From positions 258,308-322,307 of the forward strand of contig OZ241745.1 of NCBI GenBank assembly GCA_965201115.1: a DNA stretch of 64,000 bases, in the 5' to 3' direction. This DNA is from Alphaproteobacteria bacterium. GTDB taxonomy: Bacteria > Pseudomonadota > Alphaproteobacteria > UBA7887. Position numbers and translations under genes: made by a program. A model generated the notes under the pieces. The model had not been told where the DNA came from, did no database searches, and saw only the letters and a program-made list of their open reading frames with translations. Positions 47,501 through 55,228 of the stretch are shown piece by piece; the stretch's first letter is position 1; each line of letters begins with the position of its first letter.

Positions 47501-47737
47501 GCCGGACTTTACGCTGACGGTTACGTTGCCGGAGCCGCTGTGCTCGGCGTCGATGCGCGGGATGTTGACGCTTCCCGGGTCGACGACGATGTGGGCGCTG
47601 CTGCCGGCGGCTTCGGTGCAGGAAATGCTCGCGCTGCCCGTATGCGCGCCGCCGCGGCACTCGGTCTGCGCCGCCGCCTCCCCGGCCCACAAGGCGAGCG
47701 CGAGAACCAGCCCCGGCGCGAGCGCCCGGACGCTCAT
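41522..47737 (-). CDS. giant autotransporter adhesin (type Va secretion; beta-helical repeat passenger + C-terminal beta-barrel translocator)
   Basis: Signal peptide MSVRALAPGLVLALALWAGEAAAQ. Dozens of ~70-aa G/T/V-rich repeats (GGAVTGTIHNPASPMTVGGSVGRILY...). The C-terminal ~280 aa have an autotransporter barrel signature ending ...SAALTVRF. 2071 aa. Confidence 0.85.
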   Translation of the reverse strand: MSVRALAPGLVLALALWAGEAAAQTECRGGAHTGSASISCTEAAGSSAHIVVDPGSVNIPRIDAEHSGSGNVTVSVKSGATLTGSGGLSVVVRALGSGNGAIGITGASLTGNASVTGGRMWAGNVSASMSGGSLAGKLVAQILSGGSGNASIVVSGNAVIKAAGNFNYAIHGQNNGTGNLSIRMADGSVETTGAGSYGVLALSNGTGAGDITVIVEGGAIRTRGGSSFGFSAHGVVMERGNGPGNHSFRMSGGSIVTEQDNAHGVVGVFSALAAGKTVPIAVTGGSIAVEGLDAKGILTHSLNLGSVAMTTAAPAKIASPFSIGMEGRLTNNASATGRIAVTHGGAVEARDAGVLAWAPRSSGHTMGAGATTADDAARTTPMIHVTSSGSIMVGAPVTEAFIRGRIAGADETLSAAEQAVLAAITANDSSALTTALAALPASYDAAWKAEAEDLRRKRAAAAAAATGDGPLAHAAAEEILGLSSAGVRAMALSHTAIADRVRAGDALSTAERAALTAVLTKGSGTDLEAALTALPDAAYDADWKNAVRQHALTYNAGDIHVDVTGGAIDAEGNGVEALYVVPHASNGAIAVTVAAGARVTGGAKGIYVRGAGVTSGVRNQQVTVHGAAMGGTGAGVHLFGGGAVTVGADGEVSATSGVAILGDGGGALTATVSGRVTGDIRVDGGGSLTANVMDGGVVTGTIHDPQTALAVAGSIGRILYASGGTVTVSGSGTLTGVEGVAIESAAGALTVTVNDGIRVEGDVKSGGTLTATVNAGGAVTGTIHNPASPMTVGGSVGRILYAGGGTVTVARGGAITGIAIDGATETIRAVSGDLSVTVAGRIEGGLRPSGDGALTANVMAGGVVTGTIRNPASPTTVRGSAGRILYDDGGTVTVAGGGAVTGVDNDGTTEAIRADAGDLDVTVAANGAVTGLVEGRGGGDLEVDVAGAVTGDIAERGAGDLDVTVAGTVTGGVTGEGAGEHTVTVASSGAIAGTVRLPTGAALTVSGDVGRVHYDNGGAVTVNASGEITGLDIDGTKEAIRGDAGDLAVTVHGTVAGNIEARGDGDLTVTVSETGTINGEIFGRGGGVHTIEIAEKARVLGTVHNPKSGTTIRGAAGRVLFDNGGALTVAATGRIAGVGGEAIRADAGDLTVSVASGGAVMGRIEGRGAGAMTVNVGGAVTGAIHGKGAGKHEVTVASGGMVTGDIVDMEAGDLVASVAGRVTGDIEERGAGDLTATVTGTVTGGIRGMGAGSHTVAVMAGGAVTGTVHLPTSAMTIAGRVGRVLYDNGGSVMVAATGSIAGVETGDGGREAIRSAAGDLEVDVAARATVTGDIRGAGDGDLDVEVSGTVEGDIGGTGAGSHTVAAMAGGAVTGTVHLPTSAMTVAGRVGRVLYDNGGSVTVASGGAVTGIDTSDRGREAIRSAAGDLTVDVAARATVTGAIRGEGEGDLDVDVSGTVEGGIFGLGGGEHDVHVKSGGSVEGLIRLAASKVTVDGAAASVQFDRGGTVEVSSGGRISGLDGRAVRNARGDLTVMVNGNVVGSIEDLGPGALTVAVANALTGDVIGGGGGAHRLTVASGAEFRGNVRGVEFIAMAGDAEGMLHVPAGGKVEVAAGGELVGAEDAQGRRVAVVAETGALSMTVDGMVEGAVEARDAGAASTVTVGAGGEIDGRVTLAGTGSTVEVNGAVKSVDAPRGAVTVGENGRIEEPIAGAAAVTVKAAAGESDEDAVLRVGGGRIEAGGATIVLEREGRADSMLRITGDERIEVGPAPRHRVYEALPSALLALNALPAHGDRFAAAGAPRGAFARLDAGGGERHPASSTAAARHDYRRFGFEAGIEGAAGERGVFAVSVHHVRGRADVEADADTEAGGGRIEITGTGARISGAWLPAENVYVSGHAAATLYEADLDSDAALEGALARDLSGRGYAAGVEIGRRLDLGRVALTPRAGADWSMVEMSSFTDAMGERVSLDAGRRITARAGVRAESAALPGGAGAMFATLDLERELSGAMEATAEDRPPFKAEAEATWARLGLGAAHEWADGRIALRANAAYAAARNGNRDFSGSAALTVRF

Positions 47738-47761
47738 GGCGCGTTTCCCGAGGCGGGCCGC

Positions 47762-47781
47762 GGGGGGGGGGGGGGGGGGGG
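47762..47781. repeat. homopolymeric G20 (C20 on the coding strand) tract about 25 nt upstream of the autotransporter start codon
   Basis: cg-g(20)-tacg read directly from the sequence; lies in the promoter/5'UTR of the 6.2-kb adhesin gene. Confidence 0.8.
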
Positions 47782-48016
47782 TACGTTTAATTGCACGGCA
47801 AGCGCGGGCGCGGGCGCAAGCCCGTTGTACGGAAGGGGCATTGTCATGACGAAGCGCTCCTCGGCGGAATCGGATGCCACGCGGGCGCCGCCGCTATGCC
47901 ACGCGCCGCGCGCGCGCGCAACCGTCCCGGGGCGCGCCGCGCTTCCCGGGATGGCGGGCGCGTCCGCGACGCGCCGGCGCTCGCGGAAAACGAGTCGACA
48001 TCGGCGCCTCTTGCGA

Positions 48017-48694
48017 TCAAGCGCCGAACACGATGTTGACGCGGCGGTTGCGGCGGCCCTTGTTCTCGATCTTCGACACGCGGACGGGGCCGATCTCGCC
48101 CGTGCGCGCGACATGCGTGCCGCCGCATGCCTGTAGATCGACGCCTTCCACCTCGATCAGCCGCACCGTTCCGGCGCCCCGCGGCGGCGCGACCGACATG
48201 GTCTTCACCAGCGTCGGGTCGGCGTCGAGCTCGGCCTCGGCGACGACGCGCGGCGTAACGGGCAGGTCGCGCGCGATGAGCGCGTTGAGCGATTCGGTCA
48301 GCGCGGCCTTGTCGGGCCGCTCGCCGTCGAGATCGAAATCGAGCCGGCTCTTCTCCTCGCCGACCTGCCCGCCGGTAACGGCGCCGGGCACAAGCGCCGA
48401 CAGCAAATGCAGGCAGGTGTGCATGCGCATCAGGCGGTGGCGGCGCGGCCAGTCGATTGCGGCCGACACCGCCGTTCCGGGCGCGAAAGCGGCGAGGTCC
48501 GCGCCGGCGGCGGGAATATGCAGGATAGCGCCATCCTCGCCCCGCACCGTGTCGGCGATGGCGATTCGCGCGCCGCCGGCCGCGAGCGTTCCGCGGTCGC
48601 CGGGCTGGCCGCCGCCGCGCGGATAAAAGACAGTCCGGTCGAGCCGCACGCCGCGCGAATCGACCGCAACCGCCGCGGCGTCGCAGCCGCGCAT
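48017..48694 (-). CDS. AlaX-M-like alanyl-tRNA editing protein (Ser/Ala-tRNA(Ala) hydrolase)
   Basis: FYPRGGGQPGDRG, then zinc motif HTCLHLL...CGGTHV. About 225 aa from MRGCDAA. Start uncertain: a GTG 11 codons upstream would give 236 aa. Confidence 0.6.
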   Translation of the reverse strand: MRGCDAAAVAVDSRGVRLDRTVFYPRGGGQPGDRGTLAAGGARIAIADTVRGEDGAILHIPAAGADLAAFAPGTAVSAAIDWPRRHRLMRMHTCLHLLSALVPGAVTGGQVGEEKSRLDFDLDGERPDKAALTESLNALIARDLPVTPRVVAEAELDADPTLVKTMSVAPPRGAGTVRLIEVEGVDLQACGGTHVARTGEIGPVRVSKIENKGRRNRRVNIVFGA

Positions 48695-48719
48695 ATACGG
48701 ATCGGCGCGGAACAGCGGC

Positions 48720-49742
48720 TCAGACACCGGAAACGGGCGCGCGGTCGAGCCATTCCGGAACGGGAAGGTTCTTCGACCGCAGGAATTCCGGGTTGTAGAG
48801 CTTGCTCGTATAGCGGCTGCCATAATCGCACAGCACGGTGACGATGGTGTGGCCCGGCCCCATTGCGCGCGCCATGCGGATCGCGCCGGCGATGTTGACG
48901 CCGGTCGAGCCGCCCATGACCAACCCCTCCTCGGCGGCGAGCGCGAACACGGCGTCGACCGCTTCGCCGTCGGCAACCTGCTGCGCGTCGTCGATGGGCG
49001 CGCCCTCGACATTCCCCGTAATGCGGCCCTGGCCGATTCCCTCGGTAATCGATTCGCCTTCCAGCGGCGCCTTGCCCGGCGCAAGCAACGAGATCATCCC
49101 GGCGCCCTGCGGGTCGGTGGCCCACACCTGCACATCGGGCTTGCGCTCCTTCAGCGCGATGGCGGCGCCCGCCAGCGTGCCCCCGGTGCCGATCGCGCAG
49201 GTAAAGCCGTCGATGCGGCCCCCCGTCTGCGCCCATATCTCCGGGCCGGTGCCTTCGACATGGGCCTGGCGGTTGGCCGTATTGTCGAACTGATTCGCCC
49301 ATACCGCGCCGTTGGGCTCCGTGCGGTTCAGCTCTTCGGCCAGGCGGCCCGAATACTTCACGTAGTTGTTCGGGTCCTTGTAGGGAACGGCGGGCACAAG
49401 GCGCAGATCGGCGCCGCACAGGCGCAGCATGTCCTTCTTTTCTTGGCTTTGCGTTTCCGGCAGCACAATGACCGTGCGGTAGCCGAGCGCGTTGCCCACC
49501 AGCGCAAGGCCGATGCCGGTATTGCCCGCGGTGCCCTCGACGACCGTTCCGCCGGGCCGCAAGGCGCCGCGCCGCTCGGCGTCGCGCACGATGTAGAGCG
49601 CGGCGCGATCCTTGACCGACTGGCCGGGGTTGAGGAACTCGCACTTGCCGAGGATTTCGCAGCCCGTGCTTTCCGACGCGCGCCGCAGGCGGACGAGCGG
49701 CGTTCTGCCGATGAGGTCGATAAAGCCGTTCGCAAGCGCCAT
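48720..49742 (-). CDS. cysteine synthase / PLP-dependent CBS-family enzyme (CysK/CysM-like)
   Basis: PLP lysine motif NPGQSVKDRAAL; TAGNTGIGLA; GTGGT. 340 aa; GGAGG Shine-Dalgarno sequence. Confidence 0.85.
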   Translation of the reverse strand: MALANGFIDLIGRTPLVRLRRASESTGCEILGKCEFLNPGQSVKDRAALYIVRDAERRGALRPGGTVVEGTAGNTGIGLALVGNALGYRTVIVLPETQSQEKKDMLRLCGADLRLVPAVPYKDPNNYVKYSGRLAEELNRTEPNGAVWANQFDNTANRQAHVEGTGPEIWAQTGGRIDGFTCAIGTGGTLAGAAIALKERKPDVQVWATDPQGAGMISLLAPGKAPLEGESITEGIGQGRITGNVEGAPIDDAQQVADGEAVDAVFALAAEEGLVMGGSTGVNIAGAIRMARAMGPGHTIVTVLCDYGSRYTSKLYNPEFLRSKNLPVPEWLDRAPVSGV

Positions 49743-49795
49743 GCGGCTGCCTCCGCGGTATCGGGGCCGGGGTTCGGGACGAATGCGGGCGCCGG

Positions 49796-50629
49796 CTATC
49801 CGCCGCGCGGCCCGCGGCGCACGAAACCGCGCTGCGGGTCGTAACCGAGGATGGCCCCGACGAGAAACACAACCGTGCAGCCCACGACGACCGCGGCGCC
49901 GAGTGCGTGGAACTGCCCCTCGCTCGCGTAGCGGATCAGCTGCACGCCGTGCGTGAACGGGTTGACGTTCGCCAGCCAATACACCGCATCGGCCCCGCCT
50001 TCGATCAGATACCACAGCGGGAACAGCGCCGGCGAGATGAAAAACATGGGGAAAATCACGAAGTTCATCGTGCCCGCGAAATTCTCCAGCTGCTTGATGT
50101 GAACGGAGAGCAACAGGCCCAGCGCGCCGAGCGCCATGCCCGTAAGGAACAGCGCCGGAAACACATAGAGCCACGCCCACGGATCGTTGAACGCCACGTG
50201 CAAGCCCGTAAACAGGTCGAACGGCAGGCAGATGAGCAGGAACGCATACGCCTGCACCACCGAGATGAACGTGCCCGACAGCAGTTTCGCCGTGAGCAGA
50301 TACCAGCGCGGCAACGGCGCGGTGAGCAGCAGCCGCATCATGCCCATCTCGCGGTCGTACACCATCGACAGCGACGACTGCATGCCGCTGAACAGCAGCA
50401 CCATGCCCGCCAGCCCGGGCAGGATGTAATACTCGTAATCGACATTGCGCTGCGCATAAGGCTCGCCCGCATCGACCCCATAGACGCCCCGAAACCCGAC
50501 CGCGAACACGAACAGCCACAGCGCCGGACGCACGAACGCCGAGAACAGCCGCCCCTTCTGTTGCAGGAACTTGACGACTTCGCGGCGGCTGAGCGCGTCG
50601 AGGGCGGCGGCGGCGTGGTAGAGGTTCAT
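49796..50629 (-). CDS. ABC-2 type transporter permease
   Basis: 277 aa, 6 TM helices. Resembles the permease of quinoprotein-dehydrogenase-associated ABC systems. Confidence 0.75.
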   Translation of the reverse strand: MNLYHAAAALDALSRREVVKFLQQKGRLFSAFVRPALWLFVFAVGFRGVYGVDAGEPYAQRNVDYEYYILPGLAGMVLLFSGMQSSLSMVYDREMGMMRLLLTAPLPRWYLLTAKLLSGTFISVVQAYAFLLICLPFDLFTGLHVAFNDPWAWLYVFPALFLTGMALGALGLLLSVHIKQLENFAGTMNFVIFPMFFISPALFPLWYLIEGGADAVYWLANVNPFTHGVQLIRYASEGQFHALGAAVVVGCTVVFLVGAILGYDPQRGFVRRGPRGG

Positions 50630-50662
50630 GCGGGGCTCCGGGCAGGGGGGCAGCGCGGGCGG

Positions 50663-51862
50663 TCAGTCGAATCGGCAGGTCGTGTCGCGCTCTTCGTAGC
50701 CGAGCGTGTCGAGATCGGTGACGCGGTGGCGAAACCCCTCGATCGGCGCGCGCGCAACGACCCATTCGGGCGTGGCCAGCATAATGGGCTGGCGCAGCTG
50801 GTTGTTCCACGTCCGCAGGCTCATGCCCGGCCCCTTGCTGCCGTCGATTCGCATCGTACCGGCGCGCAGAAACTCGAGCAGCGCCGCGGGCTCGGCGGTT
50901 TTCGCGCGCGCCACCGCGTTGCCGATGATTTTCATCGCCACCCACGCGCCCCAGTCCGCTTCGCCCATCCGCCGCCCGTGCATGCGCTCGAACCGCCCAT
51001 GCACCTGCGGCGCGCCGTGGCGCAGATACGACCAATGCCATACGCGCGCCACAAGCCCCCCCGCGCCGACTACCGGCGCCGGAAGCTGCGTCGCATAGGG
51101 CGCGCCGAGCGCGAACTCGCCATGCGCGTCGGCGACGAACACGGCGTCGTAATCCGCCGAACCGGTCAGGAAATCGAGATCGTTGCGCTCGCGCGCCGTC
51201 GGGTCGCTGCCGAGTACGAAATCCCGGATATCCACGATGTCGACGCCGAACAGTTCCGCCGAGCGTTCGAACGCGCGGATGGTTTCGGCGTCTTCGGGCA
51301 GGGGGCCGCGCAGCGCCAGCGCTTCGTCCCATTTCCGCGCCTTGAGATATTGCGCCAGCGCGTCGGTCTTCATGCCGCGGCTGGCCGCCGTGTGAAACAG
51401 GTGCGGCTGGCAGAACTCGTTGCGCAGCCCGTCGCCCGTCGCGGCGACGTTAAACAGGATCGCGCCGGCGCCGGCCGTGCGCGCCGCGACTTCGGCCACG
51501 GTCGCGTCGTCGGCGTCGAGAAGAAACAGCGCCGCGCCGCCCGCAAGCATGTCGCCGATCGCGGCGACCGCTTCCGCCGATCCGCCGACCGTCCGCCGCT
51601 CCAGCGCGAACCGCGCCTTGGCGATGCGGGTAAACCGCTCGAGCTCCTCGATGCCCAGCGCGGCGCCCGCCCACGCGCGGCGATCGACGATGGCGGTCGC
51701 CGAGCGGATATCGACGGGATGGACGCCCCACTCGTCGTAGCGCGGGTCCGCGGCCAGGTCGATAAAGCCGATCCCGACGGTGGGCGGCTCGTCCCGCGCC
51801 GCCGCCGGCGCAAGCGCCGAAAACAGGCAGGCGGCGAGCGCCGCAAACAGCCGCGCGCGCAT
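50663..51862 (-). CDS. periplasmic substrate-binding protein (quinoprotein-dehydrogenase-associated ABC SBP-like)
   Basis: Signal peptide MRARLFAALAACLFSALAPAAA. Type I PBP-like fold. Lies in a cluster with a YVTN propeller and an ABC ATPase/permease. Confidence 0.65.
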   Translation of the reverse strand: MRARLFAALAACLFSALAPAAARDEPPTVGIGFIDLAADPRYDEWGVHPVDIRSATAIVDRRAWAGAALGIEELERFTRIAKARFALERRTVGGSAEAVAAIGDMLAGGAALFLLDADDATVAEVAARTAGAGAILFNVAATGDGLRNEFCQPHLFHTAASRGMKTDALAQYLKARKWDEALALRGPLPEDAETIRAFERSAELFGVDIVDIRDFVLGSDPTARERNDLDFLTGSADYDAVFVADAHGEFALGAPYATQLPAPVVGAGGLVARVWHWSYLRHGAPQVHGRFERMHGRRMGEADWGAWVAMKIIGNAVARAKTAEPAALLEFLRAGTMRIDGSKGPGMSLRTWNNQLRQPIMLATPEWVVARAPIEGFRHRVTDLDTLGYEERDTTCRFD

Positions 51863-51865
51863 CGC

Positions 51866-52882
51866 TCAGTCGTCGATGCGCACGGTGTGCGGCGTGCGCC
51901 CCACCGACACCGCGCGCACCGCCACGCGGCGCTCGGTATCGATGATGCTCACATCGTCGCTCGCGCCGTTGGTCACGACGAGGAACTTCTCATCCGCCGT
52001 GAGCGCCGCGCCCCAGACGCGGTCGCCGGCCAGTATGTAGTCCTCGATCTCGCGCGTCGCGACGTCGACCACCGCGACATGGCGCGCGCGGCCGAGCGTG
52101 ACATAGGCGGTGGCGCCGTCGCGCGTCATGGCGAAATCCACCGGGTTGATCTCTTCCGGGCGCATGCCGCGCCGCTCGAAAAACAACTGCTCGAGCGGCT
52201 CGAAGGTTTGCGCGTCGAGTATCGAGACCGAGCCGTCGAGCTCGTTGGTAACCCAGTATTCGGCGTCGTCCGGCGTGACGACGCCGCGCCGCGGGCGGAT
52301 GCCCACCAGCGCTTCGTCGAGTATTTCCCCGGCCCACGGATCGATAACGAACACCGAGTTCGTGACCTCCGAGGTGACGAACACCACCTTGCCGTCGCCG
52401 CGGAAGGTAATCCCCTCGGGCTCGATGCCGACATCCTCGACGACCCGCAGCCGTTCGCCCGTGGCGACATCGGTCACCGTCGCCTCGTTGTCGTCTTCGT
52501 TGGCGGCGACGAGGATGGTCCCCGTCGGGTCGAGCTGGAATATCTCCGGATCCTCGCCGGCGTCGAGCGCGCCGACGATGCTCAGCGATTCGACGTCGAG
52601 AACCTCGATGCGATCGTCTCCGCTGGCGGCGATCAGCAATTGCGTCTTGCCGGCGTTCCAGCGCATGTCGCGCGGACGCTGCCCCGTGGGCACGGTGCGA
52701 ATCGTCTCGAACGTCTCGCCGTCGAGCACCGTGACCGTATCGTCGCCTTCGTTGCTCACGAAGATATAGCCGGTTCCCGCGGCCCCCGCCGCGCCGGCGG
52801 CGAGCAGCGCCGCCGCGAGCGCAAGCCCGGAAAACCTGCGCCCCGGCGCGCGAAAAAGCGATTCGGGCATGAATGTCTCCAT
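51866..52882 (-). CDS. YVTN-family beta-propeller repeat protein (PQQ-dependent catabolism-associated type)
   Basis: Signal peptide, then repeated YVTNE/GDDTVTV/VTNGASDDVSIID beta-propeller blades. 338 aa. Confidence 0.75.
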   Translation of the reverse strand: METFMPESLFRAPGRRFSGLALAAALLAAGAAGAAGTGYIFVSNEGDDTVTVLDGETFETIRTVPTGQRPRDMRWNAGKTQLLIAASGDDRIEVLDVESLSIVGALDAGEDPEIFQLDPTGTILVAANEDDNEATVTDVATGERLRVVEDVGIEPEGITFRGDGKVVFVTSEVTNSVFVIDPWAGEILDEALVGIRPRRGVVTPDDAEYWVTNELDGSVSILDAQTFEPLEQLFFERRGMRPEEINPVDFAMTRDGATAYVTLGRARHVAVVDVATREIEDYILAGDRVWGAALTADEKFLVVTNGASDDVSIIDTERRVAVRAVSVGRTPHTVRIDD

Positions 52883-52910
52883 TCGTTGGCGTTCGGCCGC
52901 CGCGCCGCGC

Positions 52911-53672
52911 TCAGGCGTCCGAAACGCCGGTCATCGCGACGAAAGCGTCGTGGAGGTCGGGCTCGCCGGTTTGCGCGACCAGTTCCGCCGGCGCGCCGTC
53001 GGCAATCGCCTTGCCGCGGTGCAGAACCACGACCCGGTCGGCCTGTTCCGCCTCGTCCACCAGGTGCGTGGCCCACAATATCGCCATGGCGCGGCTGTCG
53101 CGCAGGGCCAGCACATGATCCAGCAGGTCGCGCCGGCTGGCGGGGTCCAGCCCGACCGTGGGCTCGTCCATCAGCAGCAATTTCGGCTCGTGGACCAGCG
53201 CGCGCGCAAGCTCGACGCGCCGCCGCTGGCCGCCGCTCAACCCCCGCGCGCGGCCGCCGGCGCGGTCCGCCAGTTTCAGGCGCTCGAGGCACTCGGCGAT
53301 TCGCCGCGCCGCGCGCCCCCCCGTCAGCCCGTGCAGGCTGGCGTGAAAGCGCAAATTGCCGCCCACCGTCATGTCGAGATCGAGCGTGGGTTGCTGGAAC
53401 ACGACGCCCAGCCCCGCCAGCGCCGGTACGGCGTTGCGGCGGATATCGCGCCCGTCCACCGCGATGGCGCCGCCGTCGGGAACGAACAGCCCGGTGAGCA
53501 GCTGAAAAAGCGTGGTCTTGCCGGCGCCGTTCGGCCCCAGCAGCGCGACGAACTCCCCCGCGCCGACGCGAATGTCCGCGCCGTCGAGCGCCTTGCGCGG
53601 CCCATAGGCCTTCATCACGCCCGCGACGTCGAGAACCGTCTCGCGCCGGCGATCGTCCGCCGCTTCGTTCAC
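52911..53672 (-). CDS. ABC transporter ATP-binding protein
   Basis: GTG start with a GGGAGG Shine-Dalgarno sequence. Walker A GPNGAGKTT, signature LSGGQRRRV, Walker B LLLMDEPTVGLD. The track ORF 52911..55544 continues into the next three genes and is not one protein. Confidence 0.8.
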   Translation of the reverse strand: MNEAADDRRRETVLDVAGVMKAYGPRKALDGADIRVGAGEFVALLGPNGAGKTTLFQLLTGLFVPDGGAIAVDGRDIRRNAVPALAGLGVVFQQPTLDLDMTVGGNLRFHASLHGLTGGRAARRIAECLERLKLADRAGGRARGLSGGQRRRVELARALVHEPKLLLMDEPTVGLDPASRRDLLDHVLALRDSRAMAILWATHLVDEAEQADRVVVLHRGKAIADGAPAELVAQTGEPDLHDAFVAMTGVSDA

Positions 53673-54454
53673 TTCGCGCCTCCCGCTGGCCGCTCGCCTT
53701 CGCCGCCCGCAAGCCCATGCAACAATGAGCGGTTGCCGGTCAAGAGCGTTGCCCGGAAACGCTCGATTTCCGGGTCTTCCGGGTCGCGCGGGCGGCGGAT
53801 CGGAACCTCGGCGTCCAGTATCGCCCGCGACGGCGCGCGCGACAGAAACAGGATGCGGTCGCCCAGGTAAATCGCCTCGCGCAGGTCGTGGGTCACGAAC
53901 AATACGGTAGTCGGGCGCGCGCGCCAAAGGTCCAGCAACATGCCGCGCAGGCGGTTCGCCGCCGGCCCGTCGAGCGACACGAAAGGTTCGTCGAGAAGCA
54001 ACAGGCTCGGTTCGGTCACGAAAGCGCGGGCCAGCGCGACGCGGCGCTGCATCCCCCCCGACAGGCGGTTGGGGAACTCGTCGAGCGCATCGCCCAGCCC
54101 CATGCGGCGCAGCAGCTCCTCGCCGCGCCCCTCGCGCGCCCCCTCCGGCGGCAGCACGAGGTTCACATTGTCGCGCACCGTCGCCCACGGCAGCAGGCGC
54201 GGCGTCTGAAACATGTACGAGACCCGAGCGCCGCCCGCCATGGCGATCTCGGCGTCGGCGTCCGCGTCGAGGCCGCCGACGATGTTGAGCATCGTCGTCT
54301 TGCCGCAGCCCGACGGCCCCACGAAGCACACGAACTGCCCCGCGGGCGCGGCGAACTCCAGCCCCTCGATCGCCAGCCGCTCCCCGTCGCCCGACCCCTT
54401 GCGGTAGGCCTTGCGGGCGATTCGGACGCGCAGTGCGCCCCCGTCGCCGCTCAT
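53669..54454 (-). CDS. ABC transporter ATP-binding protein (NitT/TauT family; SsuB/TauB-like)
   Basis: Walker A GPSGCGKTT, signature LSGGMQRRVALARA, Walker B LLLLDEPFVSLD. Confidence 0.85.
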   Translation of the reverse strand: MSGDGGALRVRIARKAYRKGSGDGERLAIEGLEFAAPAGQFVCFVGPSGCGKTTMLNIVGGLDADADAEIAMAGGARVSYMFQTPRLLPWATVRDNVNLVLPPEGAREGRGEELLRRMGLGDALDEFPNRLSGGMQRRVALARAFVTEPSLLLLDEPFVSLDGPAANRLRGMLLDLWRARPTTVLFVTHDLREAIYLGDRILFLSRAPSRAILDAEVPIRRPRDPEDPEIERFRATLLTGNRSLLHGLAGGEGERPAGGAK

Positions 54455-55228
54455 CTATTTGCGCCACCGCGTGAGCCGCCGCTCCAGCGGCTCCACCAGC
54501 GCAACCTCCACCGCCAGCATCACGATCACGAACGCGAACATGTAGGCCAGCACCCCGGCGATGTCGAAATACTGGAAAAACAGCTGCATCTTGTGGCCGA
54601 CGCCGCTGTCGCCCGCGAGCAACTCGACGACCAGCACGATCTTCCAGATCAGCGCGACCCCCGAGCGCCCCGCGGCCATCAGATAGGGGTAGAGCTGCGG
54701 CAGGAAAAAACGGAAAAACGTGCGCGCGCGGCCGACCCGGAACACCTGCGCCACCTGCAGAAGGTCGCGGTCGATGGCGCGCGCGCCCTCGCGCACCGTC
54801 ACCACCACGTTCGGAAACTTGTTGAGCGCCACCGCGAGTATCATCGCCGCCTCGTTGATGCCCATCCACACGAGGCAAAGGATGATGGTCACCAGCGCCG
54901 GCACGTTGAGCAGCACCACAAGCCAGCCGTCGAACATGTGATCGAACGACCGCCGCAGCCCCATGACGATGCCGATCGCCGCGCCCGCGGCCATCGCCAG
55001 CGCAAACGCCGCGATCACCCGGAACAGCGTGATCCCCAAATCGGCGAGCAGCGAATCCTCGGTCAGCTCGACCCGGAACTTGGCGGCGACCGTCGAGACG
55101 TCGGGCAGCGTGCGCACTTGCAGGCTCTGCGCGGCGATCTCCCAGATCGCGACCAGCGCCAGAATCGACAGCGCGCGCAGGGCGGCGGGGCCCGGCGCGC
55201 GCAGCAGCGCCGCGGCGGCCGCGGTCAC
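54455..55228 (-). CDS. ABC transporter permease (NitT/TauT family; SsuC/TauC-like)
   Basis: 6 TM helices with an EAA-like loop. GTG start at approx 55226-55228, overlapping the stop of the SBP gene. Confidence 0.75.
   Translation of the reverse strand: MTAAAAALLRAPGPAALRALSILALVAIWEIAAQSLQVRTLPDVSTVAAKFRVELTEDSLLADLGITLFRVIAAFALAMAAGAAIGIVMGLRRSFDHMFDGWLVVLLNVPALVTIILCLVWMGINEAAMILAVALNKFPNVVVTVREGARAIDRDLLQVAQVFRVGRARTFFRFFLPQLYPYLMAAGRSGVALIWKIVLVVELLAGDSGVGHKMQLFFQYFDIAGVLAYMFAFVIVMLAVEVALVEPLERRLTRWRK

Noticed and set aside
41222-48136. 2304-aa plus-strand ORF
   Set aside because: Antisense to the autotransporter gene. It is R/A/G-rich low-complexity translation typical of a high-GC reverse frame, with no domain signal. 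The minus-strand ORF has a signal peptide, beta-helical repeats and an autotransporter barrel.
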